Shown in pieces: positions 1 to 7,499 of a stretch of 18,738 nucleotides of DNA. A program made the translations under genes and the position numbers. Numbering within the stretch: the stretch's first letter is position 1; every line of letters begins with the position of its first letter. The stretch lies in contig CAWDSQ010000012.1 in the NCBI GenBank assembly GCA_963804955.1, positions 1-18,738 of the forward strand, given 5' to 3'. This DNA is from an uncultured delta proteobacterium. GTDB taxonomy: Bacteria > Desulfobacterota > WTBG01 > CAIYCZ01 > CAIRTM01. Under the pieces are notes generated by a model that saw only the letters and a list, made by a program, of their open reading frames with translations, ran no database searches and had not been told where the DNA came from.

Positions 1-112
1 TTCAGCTCATAGCAGATTCATAAAAGTAGTAGTCACGCCTGCATGATTCTTCACAAAATTAGCCGTTCCCTTAACCCTTATTCGGCTAGCCCCGCCATGT
101 CATATCCGACTG

Positions 113-150
113 AAACAGCCCGATTCCTTTAAAGAGCCGGGCTGTTTTTT
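113..150 (+). terminator. Rho-independent terminator of an upstream transcript
   Basis: AAACAGCCCG (113-122) pairs with CGGGCTGTTT (138-147), running into a T tract to 150. Confidence 0.75.
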
Positions 151-303
151 GCATGCCATATTATTTTTATATTATTTTAAGATAACCATCACCAAAACAT
201 GGCATCAGAAAGGTGATATGCCCGCGGCAGATTTCAAGGCATTGGCTGCAATAACAGTAATTCAAAATATTTAACAAAATCCACAAATTGGCTTAGTGGA
301 TAA

Positions 304-341
304 TTGTGCAAATTTGCAAGTTTTTGTGCAGATATGCACAA
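304..341. promoter_or_regulatory. Tandem palindromic sites, putative bacterial enhancer-binding protein UAS
   Basis: TTGTGCA-AATT-TGCAAGT (304-321) and perfect TTGTGCA-GATA-TGCACAA (324-341), 20 bp apart, ~100-135 bp upstream of a -24/-12 motif. Confidence 0.6.
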
Positions 342-438
342 GCAGAGAATGTGCGGGGCACAGGGGCAAGGCAGCACAAACCTTAATAAATACCTTGTTT
401 AGCTTCATATTTTAGTTTTGTAACCCTCAAAAAAATTA

Positions 439-455
439 CGGCATGCTTTATGCTT
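439..455 (+). promoter_or_regulatory. sigma54 (RpoN) -24/-12 promoter
   Basis: CGGCATGCTTTATGCTT: GG at 440-441, exactly 10 nt, GC at 452-453; close to the TGGCACGNNNNTTGCW consensus. Confidence 0.7.
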
Positions 456-595
456 AACTAATGCTAATTATTATTTTTTTGGAGATTTCAGGGTCTTAAT
501 TAAATATAGAAAGGAGGTTCATTTGTTTAAAAATTTTAAATAATCCGGTCTCCAAAATCGTCCAACCCAACTATAAATCCTACCAGGAGGCGTTT

Positions 596-2877
596 ATGAA
601 GAAATTGACACTTTTTTTCTTAACACTTGGTCTAATCTGCTTTGCTTACAATGCCGTGGCTTGCGAAGGTGAAGATTGTGAAAAAGGTAAAACGGTCGGT
701 ATTACGAGAAACCCCGAATCCTGTAACCAATGCCATGCCTCGCACATCATAACGTATCACAATGAAAATATTTTTTCCACGCCCAAACCCCTTAATATCT
801 CCTGTTATCCGTGTCATGATCACGTGACCACCATTACCGACATCAGCTGCGATGCCTGCCATACCAATCATTCTTTCGGCAAGCTAAAAATGGACCGTGC
901 CGTTGGCACGTGGTCAATGACCGGGCCCATGGCCATAGCCCGTTTCTATAATTCAGCCAGCCTTCTGCAGGATGGCAGATTTATGGTGGCCGGCGGCTCA
1001 ACACCGCCCGCCTTCGGGGCAACCAAAACGGTTGAAGTCCTGGATCCGGTAACACGGCTGTTCACCACTGTTGCTCCCCTGTCGGTAACCCGCGTGAGCC
1101 ATATGCAGACCACGCTGCCTGACGGTAAAGTGCTCATCACCGGCGGACGCCCGCAGCTTTTCGGCGCGCCCGGTTCAGTAGCCTACAACACCGCGGAAAT
1201 CTATGACCCCGCGACCAATACGTTTATGCCGGCCGGCACCATGAACGCCAACCGCCGCAGCCACCGCGACATACTGCTTGATGACGGCAGAGTCCTTATT
1301 ACCGGCGGTACTGCCGCACTGGCCGGCGATATTACCTCGGTCAGCCTTAACAGCGCCGAAGTCTATGATCCGGCAGCCGGCACGTTTACGCTGGTTGGCA
1401 ATATGAATAGCCCCCGCCAGTCGCATCATCTGGTAAAACTGGCCGACGGCAAAGTGCTGGTTGTGGGCGGCGGCGCAGGCCCCGGCCTTGCCAACCCTCT
1501 GTGCGTCCATGGAAATTTTTGATCCGGCAACAAACCTCTTCACCCCTGCTGCATCCATGTCCAATCCGCGGATGACCTGCGCGGTCTCCCTGCTTGCCGA
1601 CGGCAAAGTGCTGCTGGCTTTTGAATGGAACGGTTCGGTGGTGACGCCTCAAAGCGAACTGTATGATCCTGCAACCGATACCATAATTCCCATCACCGGG
1701 ACACTGCCGTTTCACGGCAAGGTCGACAATCTTGCCATACGGCTGTATGATGATACGGTTGTCATTCCGACCGGCGGCAATGCAAATATTCAGGTTCTGC
1801 CGGATACTTCCGTATACAGGCCAAATCAAGACGATTTTGTAATGGCGGGTTCAGTTCAGTTCCCCAGAACCACGGGCTACGGCACGGCCGCCCTGCTCAC
1901 TGACGGACGTATTGTTACCGGCGGCGGCATCGGCCTCACAGCCGCAGGCTCGCCCAAATTTTTCAACAATGGCGAAATTTATACGCCCAGTGATCTGTCC
2001 CAGGCAAAGGGTCTGAAAAAAGTAATTGGTGATCTACCCAAGAGCGCCTTCAAGAACAAAGAATCAGAAAGAAGCTCTGAAAGACGCCGTTGCTTCCATT
2101 ATCGACCTGCTCAAATGCGACGGGAAGCAGCAGCAGGCAAAAGACCTGCTCGTGCAGTGCGTTATTCCCCGGTTTGACGGCTGCGCCGGCGGCAATGCGT
2201 CTGATGACTGGATCATTGCCTGCAATAATCAGGCAAAACCGTATGCGGTTGCAACGCGGCTTCTCAAGACCCTTGATGAGATACTGGGCATTCTGCAGCC
2301 ACCGGTGATTACCATTACGGCGGCTCCGACCAGCGGGGACCAGCCTCTCGCGGTCAGCTTTACCGCAACGGCCACCGATCCTGACGGCACCGTCCTGTCC
2401 TATTACTGGGATTTCGGCAATGGGGCAAACAGCATTTTGCAGAATGCATCAAACACCTATACCTGCCCGGGCACCTACACCGCGACCTGTGCGGTTATCG
2501 ACAATGACGGGCTTATCGCTGAGGCAACAGTAAATATTAACGTAGCGTACCCTGCAGGCGTCACAGCTCAATTTAAATGCGATCTGTTGCCGGCATATAA
2601 TTCTTTCTGCGCAAAGGTGTGCCATTACACGGGCGCTCCCTACAATGTCGGCGCAGGCGTCAATCTGAGCAGTTATGCCGCTATCATGGCAGGCAGAACA
2701 ATGCCTGACGGGACCATTGTCCCCATTGTTATCCCCGGCGATCCGGACAACAGCCCCATTGAGATTATTACGGGCCCGCCCCGGATTCATGCTCATGATG
2801 TGGGCGGAGAACGGCTCAATGACGACGTAAAGGCAAAACAGCGGGCATGGATACTTGAAGGAGCGCTGAACAACTAA
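596..2877 (+). CDS. Secreted multidomain c-type cytochrome: signal peptide + 3 CxxCH + 7 Kelch repeats + helical domain + PKD + C-terminal cytochrome c (planctomycete-type) domain; ~759 aa after correcting two +1 indels
   Basis: RBS AGGAGG 585-590. Motifs CNQCH, CYPCH, CDACH; repeats of L.DG(K/R)VL..GG...E.YDP; PKD signature (V.FTA.ATDPDG....Y.WDFGNG...TY..PGTY); CAKVCH...IPGDPDNS...WILEGALNN. Track ORFs 596-1522, 1461-2177 and 2026-2877 join on removing one base at ~1502 (NPL-ASMEIFDP) and one at ~2059 (AFKNK-NQKEALK). Confidence 0.85.
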
Positions 2878-2913
2878 AGGCTCTGATGCTCACATAAAAA
2901 TAACACTCTAACC

Positions 2914-2961
2914 GGGGGTGGCCGGCTGGGCTGCACTAACCAGCCGGACCCCCTTTTTTTA
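2914..2961 (+). terminator. Rho-independent terminator
   Basis: GGGGGTGGCCGGCTGG pairs imperfectly with CCAGCCGGACCCCC, followed by T8. Confidence 0.8.
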
Positions 2962-3111
2962 CATTCTGCCAGCCTGTGACCGATGGCGCGGGCGATCGTG
3001 TCTGCAACAGAAAAAATCAGTTTTACTGAAGCCCCCATGATGGTAAGAATCAAGCCTCATGAAGAATAAGGCGAAGAACGCAGCTCAATTTCGGTGAAAG
3101 GTGACAGTGCC

Positions 3112-4069
3112 ATGAAACGGAATTTTTTATTGTATGCCCTGGGGATACTGCTTATCGCCATGCCGTGCTGCTCGAAAAACGACAGCACCACAGCACCGGC
3201 CAAGCCTGCCGGCATTGTCGCCACAATCGGCAGCGCGTCGCTGACCACGGAAGATTTGGCTCGCGCCCTTAACGACGATGCCCCAGACGCAGCAGTTCGA
3301 ATACCTGTCAGATGATGGCAAGCGGGTATTGATTGAGATGCTGATCGACTGGAAGCTGCTGTCGCAGGAGGCTGTCAAAGCCGGGCTTGAGAAGGACGAG
3401 ACTGTCAAGGCTGCTTTAAAGAACACATCAGGCAGCACCGGCGAGCGGGAGGAGGTCCTGGGCAGCGCCTATCTTCTCCACCGCATCAAACAGCTGCCTG
3501 CCGTGACCGCAGAGCAGATAAAAAAGTATTATCTCACCCACCCGGCAGAGTTCGCGCAGCCCGCAAGGATTCGGGTGCAGCGAATCATCTTTGACAGCAG
3601 GGAGCAGGCGCAGCAGGCCCTGCCAGCCATCACGGAAGGCGCGACATTTGAGCAGTATAAGCAGCAGCATCAGCAGAGCAAAATCAAGGTTGATACCCTG
3701 TGGCTGCAGCAGCGCGACAATGCTACGGACATGGAAAGCGCCGCTTTCAAGCTGACAGGCAGCCAGCTGAGCGGCATTATTCCGGTCAGCTCCGGCTTTT
3801 GCCTTGTGCGCGTCGAGGAAAGACTGCCGGCCGGCAGCCGGTCACTGGAGTCTGTCAGCGCAAGTCTTAAGGCGCTGCTCAGGAGCCAACAGGAACAAGA
3901 GCTGATTACCGGGATCAAGGCTGGCCTGCGCAAGGGCAAAACCATTACGGTGAATGAAAGCGCCCTGGCTAACTATCGGTGCGCCGAGTGCGAAGGCAGA
4001 ACTCAGCCGGCAGTGCTGCGCCGCAATCCAGGCATTCCGCCGCAAACGCAGCGGAATACTGCCCCATAA
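3112..4069 (+). CDS. PpiC/SurA/PrsA-like periplasmic foldase, probable lipoprotein; ~318 aa after correcting one +1 indel at ~3277
   Basis: Signal peptide ending ...LLIAMPCCSK; VATIG...LTTEDL; LIEMLIDWKLLSQEAVKAGLEKD; EQIKKYY..HPAEF.QPARIRVQRI; AF.L...QLSGIIPVSSGFCLVRVEER. ORFs 3094-3315 and 3278-4069 join as ALND-MPQTQQ. Confidence 0.8.
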
Positions 4070-4349
4070 GAGTCGGAGCCAAAAAAACGCTATTCTGCGG
4101 GTCGGATAGTAGAATAAAAAACAAAGGAAGTGTTTGGGGAATTAAGTAGAGTCCTATTAATTCAGGAAGGAGAGCACACCATATCTTGTGCCCTTTTGAT
4201 TTGTTGTCAAAAACTCCACATTACGGCTCTATCTGGACAAAACAAAATCCAGAAAAATCAAGATGGTCAGAAGTATGTTGCAGCTTTAATCGCTACGGGT
4301 CAATTCTCCGCAGTTTGCTGCGAATGATGTATACAACTAAAATATCTTT

Positions 4350-4383
4350 GATACCCCGTCCGCTTGCGGCGGGGTCGTTCATT
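4350..4383. repeat. Solo palindrome resembling an IS200/IS605-family (HUH Y1) terminal hairpin or REP
   Basis: GATACCCCGTCCGCTTGCGGCGGGGTCGTTCATT: stem ACCCCG/CGGGGT plus CCGC/GCGG, a T bulge and a TT loop; resemblance recalled from IS200/IS605 ends. Confidence 0.55.
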
Positions 4384-4440
4384 ATTTGGGCATAAATCTT
4401 CTTTTTAAAGTTTTCGGCGATCGTTTCGATAAATTAATAA

Positions 4441-4824
4441 ATGTTGTTTGTTCAGGATATGGCCGCTGATTATGTGAAGAGAGGAGATATGGACGGGAAT
4501 AAACAGATATGCCCACGCATAAAGACCAATATCAAAACAATATTTGAATTCTCAGGAGTTCTTGTTCCGGGGGATATTTTGAACTTAAGCAGAAGCGGTA
4601 TCTTCGTCAGGACTGACATTCAGCCGCCTGTTGATGAGGCGCTATCCCTGCGCTTTTATTTGCCGGGCGACCCTGAACCACTAGAAGTTGAAGGCCGGAC
4701 GATATGGATACAAAATACAGCCAATGCGCTCCCCGGAATAGGGGTGCAATTTGATAATATCCCGCAGTTTGATAAGGAGCGTATCCACGCTTTTGTAGAA
4801 TGCCATATGCATATGGGAAATTAA
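4441..4824 (+). CDS. Stand-alone PilZ domain protein (start may be ATG 4489)
   Basis: NLSRSG matches (D/N)xSxxG; LRFYLPG..EPLEVEGRTIW...PGIGVQF...DKERIHAFV is a typical PilZ pattern. Confidence 0.85.
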   Translation: MLFVQDMAADYVKRGDMDGNKQICPRIKTNIKTIFEFSGVLVPGDILNLSRSGIFVRTDIQPPVDEALSLRFYLPGDPEPLEVEGRTIWIQNTANALPGIGVQFDNIPQFDKERIHAFVECHMHMGN

Positions 4825-4964
4825 GCGGACAGCAACTTGCCCTTCGGGCTTGAACAGTCGCCGCACCTACAGTTATCCCCTACCATTTATCAACCTAAAA
4901 CCGAATTGTTTATCTGTGGAAAAGAGGCCTGTTTTTTTCTTTTGGGTAGCAATAGGGTAGCACA

Positions 4965-5010
4965 ACAAAAAAGCACTTAGAAACCTAATCGAGAAAGTTT
5001 CTAAGTGCTT
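4965..5010 (-). terminator. Terminator hairpin downstream of tRNA-Arg
   Basis: Perfect 14-bp inverted repeat AAGCACTTAGAAAC (4971-4984) / GTTTCTAAGTGCTT (4997-5010), followed by a T run on the minus strand. Confidence 0.65.
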
Positions 5011-5018
5011 GAATTTTC

Positions 5019-5094
5019 TGGCGCGCCCGGAGGGATTCGAACCCCCAACTTTCGGATTCGAAGTCCGACGCTCTATCCATTGAACTACGGGCGC
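5019..5094 (-). tRNA. tRNA-Arg, anticodon TCG
   Basis: Reverse complement GCGCCCGTAGTTCAATGGATAGAGCGTCGGACTTCGAATCCGAAAGTTGGGGGTTCGAATCCCTCCGGGCGCGCCA: 76 nt, anticodon arm TCGGA-CTTCGAA-TCCGA, TTCGAAT T-loop, encoded CCA. Confidence 0.97.
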
Positions 5095-5168
5095 CAAAAG
5101 TGCTCAGTACTATGCCTGTTTTGCCTGAGCTTTTCAACAATAATTTCCGCAGAAGAAGGCTGGTTCTG

Positions 5169-5948
5169 TCAGCTCAGCTCAGGCGGTATTTTCGCGCAGG
5201 GTATGGGCTCTGTCTTGTGCCGGTTTGCCCGGTTGAATTTTCTGTAAATGGCAAGGACCTCCTTCTCACGGGTGCTGAGCATTTTTTCATCCTGCTGCGA
5301 CTCTTCAAACAGCATGGCCTTTTCAAGCTCGGGATAGGAGGCTCCGATCTGGCTTTCATCAGTGCGGTTATCATGCCACAGGCCGTCGGTTGACGGGCAG
5401 GACAGAATGGACCCGGCAATGCCCAGTGCGCGGCCCAGTTCATACACCTGGGTTTTCATAAGGTCGGCAATGGGCGAAATGTCAACCCCGCCATCGCCGT
5501 ATTTGGTAAAAAACCCGATGCCGAAATCCTCAACCCTGTTGCCCGTCCCGGCAACCAGCAGCCGGCTGTGGGAAGCCTGCGCATACAGCGTGAGCATCCG
5601 CAGCCGCGCGCGGGTGTTTGCCATGGTGAGCCCGTCCTGAATATCCGCCGGAAATGTCTGCTCAATAGCGTGAAAAGCCTGTGTCAGGTCAACAGTCACC
5701 CCCTGCACAGACGGATACTGCCGCTCAAGTGACTGTATGTGCTGCGCTGCCCGGTCGAACTGATCAGGGGCCTGGTAGATGGGCAGGTTCATAAGAACCG
5801 TCTGCCTGCGGGTTTTTGCACACAGAGTCGAGGTAACCGCCGAGTCAATGCCGCCTGAGATACCCACGACAAAACCGTTCATGCGTGAGCTGTCGCAGTA
5901 ATCAGTGAGCCAGTGCACCAGATAGTCTATAACCAGGGCTGTTTTCAT
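5169..5948 (-). CDS. nadE: NH3-dependent NAD+ synthetase
   Basis: GFVVGISGGIDSAV PP-loop, ANTRARLRM, GTGNRVE, GFFTKYGDGGVDISPIADLMKTQVY, TDESQIGASYPELE; no glutaminase domain. Confidence 0.97.
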   Translation of the reverse strand: MKTALVIDYLVHWLTDYCDSSRMNGFVVGISGGIDSAVTSTLCAKTRRQTVLMNLPIYQAPDQFDRAAQHIQSLERQYPSVQGVTVDLTQAFHAIEQTFPADIQDGLTMANTRARLRMLTLYAQASHSRLLVAGTGNRVEDFGIGFFTKYGDGGVDISPIADLMKTQVYELGRALGIAGSILSCPSTDGLWHDNRTDESQIGASYPELEKAMLFEESQQDEKMLSTREKEVLAIYRKFNRANRHKTEPIPCAKIPPELS

Positions 5949-6123
5949 GAATATGCCGCCTCGGAATGAAGTATTGCTTAGTGCAATATTTAGCCACGAA
6001 ACAGCGCCTTTTGCAACAGGTAAAGAGCTGTTTCTCGCGGAAAATCGGCCGGATCATATGACCTGTTCAGCTCCCTTCGAACAGGCAGTAAAAAAACCCC
6101 CGGGCACTGTCCGATAAAATAAT

Positions 6124-6151
6124 TTGCAAAATAAAAATGTAGTGCTAAAGT
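6124..6151 (+). promoter_or_regulatory. Putative sigma70 extended -10 promoter for the DUF1573-like gene
   Basis: TTGCAA, 16 nt, TAAAGT with TG at 6143-6144; same layout as the TetR promoter. Confidence 0.4.
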
Positions 6152-6214
6152 ACCAAGTTTATAATGGGTGTTGCAGTTACTAACTCGTATAGAAAAGAAG
6201 GAGGTTCGACCTAC

Positions 6215-7336
6215 ATGAAAGCTACACGAAGAACATGGCCCGCTGCGGTTGCTTTAGCAGCACTGCTTGGCTTCTGCCTCTCTCCGGCACAGGCAGCAGA
6301 TCCGGTCGGGCCACAGCCAAAGATTCAATTTGCTAAATCATCCCATGATTTCGGTAAATCGGCTCCCAACATGGAGCTGAAGCATTCCTTTACGTTTAAA
6401 AATACCGGCAAGGCGCTGCTGATAATTCAAGACGTCAAAGCAGGCTGAGGCTGCACCGCTGCTTTGGCTTCGGCCAAAGAAATTCCCCCGGGCGGGGAAG
6501 GAAAAATCGATGTAACCTTCAAGACGGGTACAGGCTCAGGCGGCAAGCGGGAAAAACACATTACCGTTACCACCAACGACCCGGAGAAAAAAACGGTCAG
6601 TTTGACGGTGAGCACCGAGGTTATCGAGGCTTTCGGTGTTTCGCCAGTGCGCGTCAACTTCAATCAGGTCAAGAGAGGCCAGGAGCATGTGCGGTATACC
6701 TCGGTGTCCGGCGAAGATAAAGATAGAACGAAGCTCACCGGCTCCGAGTCGCCAAATCCCAATATAAAAGTAGAAATAAACCCCAAGGGCTTTGAAGGTG
6801 ACAAATATCAGCAGATTAAGATTATACTGATGCCGACCATGAAGGCCGGACGGTTTTTCGAACGGGTCACGATTCATACCGACCATAAAACCATGAAGGA
6901 CATTCAGCTCAATGTAATCGGGGATGTAACCGGAGATGTAAGCATTGCGCCCAATCAAGTGCATTTCGGCCTGTTCCAGAAAGGTAAAAAGCCATCTGAG
7001 CGCTTTATGACGATCAGGGCTGTCGGCGAGGTGACTTTCAAGATACTCGAAGTGACATCGTCCATTCCGGAAGTCACCACAAGCCTGGAAACGGTTGTTG
7101 CCGGAAAGGAATATAAGCTGCGTTCGACCCTCAGCGATACGTTTGCCGGCGATTCCCTGAACGGCAAGCTTACGATTAAGACGGATCTGGTGACCGACGG
7201 CATCATCGAAGTGCCCATCGCCGGCCGCGTGCTGCCGCCGGCTGCGCAGCAGCCAGCGGCAGCTACTACCCCCCCGGCAGCACAGCCTGCCGGCGGGATA
7301 CAGCCAGCGCCGCCCTCTCTGCCTGCCAAACAGTAA
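6215..7336 (+). CDS. Secreted DUF1573-like (Ig-fold) protein, 373 aa with in-frame TGA at codon 78 read as selenocysteine (VKAG-U-GCT)
   Basis: RBS AAGGAGGT before ATG 6215; signal peptide ending ...AQA. HDFG...HSFTFKNTGKALLIIQDVKAG*GCTAA...EIPPGGEGKIDVTF...KHITVTTNDP follows the DUF1573 pattern, whose conserved motif is CGCT. ORFs 6164-6448 and 6464-7336 share one frame and are separated only by TGA 6446-6448. Confidence 0.8.
6462..6499 (+). promoter_or_regulatory. Candidate bacterial SECIS hairpin(s)
   Basis: CTTTGGC-TTCG-GCCAAAG (6462-6479) begins 13 nt after the TGA; a second hairpin TTCCCC-CGGGC-GGGGAA lies at 6483-6499. Confidence 0.5.
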
Positions 7337-7363
7337 ATGTTTCAGAGCCATAGAGCATTTCAG

Positions 7364-7395
7364 GGAAGCCGGGCAGAAGCCCGGCTTCCTTTTTT
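7364..7395 (+). terminator. Rho-independent terminator
   Basis: GGAAGCCGGGC-AGAA-GCCCGGCTTCC followed by T6. Confidence 0.9.
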
Positions 7396-7420
7396 CCTGG
7401 TGAGCCTTCCATATTTAGCC

Positions 7421-7448
7421 TTGACAGAACTGAAAGGAATGCTAAGAT
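7421..7448 (+). promoter_or_regulatory. sigma70 promoter of the TetR gene
   Basis: Perfect TTGACA (7421-7426), 16 nt, TAAGAT (7443-7448) with extended -10 TG. Confidence 0.75.
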
Positions 7449-7467
7449 GAATTTGAATTCATATTCA
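7448..7467. promoter_or_regulatory. Putative TetR operator (autoregulatory)
   Basis: TGAATTTGAA|TTCATATTCA, 20-bp palindrome with one mismatch, overlapping the -10/+1 region. Confidence 0.7.
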
Positions 7468-7499
7468 AAAAGTTAACCACACTGGGAAAGTAGTGCTCT

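Noticed and set aside
59..89. Hairpin TAGCCG/CGGCTA before the terminator as an attenuator or ncRNA
   Set aside because: Short stem and upstream context is outside the window
355..385. GCACAGGGGCAA resembling the start of a c-di-GMP-I riboswitch
   Set aside because: No GNRA-capped P2 stem or GCAAAGC/P3 follows; it also lies upstream of the predicted promoter
1461..2877. Separate Kelch and PKD genes, or programmed frameshifting
   Set aside because: No RBS or slippery heptamer at the junctions; single-base repairs restore continuous motifs, and similar indels hit hisC
4130..4395. Small ORFs of 65 and 69 aa
   Set aside because: Weak starts and no family motifs; the IPRPLAAG ending is just the translated palindrome
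4873..5247. ORFs 4873-5097 (-) and 5005-5247 (+)
   Set aside because: Shadow translations of the tRNA-Arg gene
6446..6448. Genome-wide UGA reassignment (Trp/Gly)
   Set aside because: nadE, the oxidoreductase and the aminotransferase end at TGA at the expected lengths, and Trp is encoded by TGG
6536..7351. 271-aa minus-strand ORF and other long antisense ORFs
   Set aside because: Antisense to well-supported genes in GC-rich DNA; no recognisable motifs
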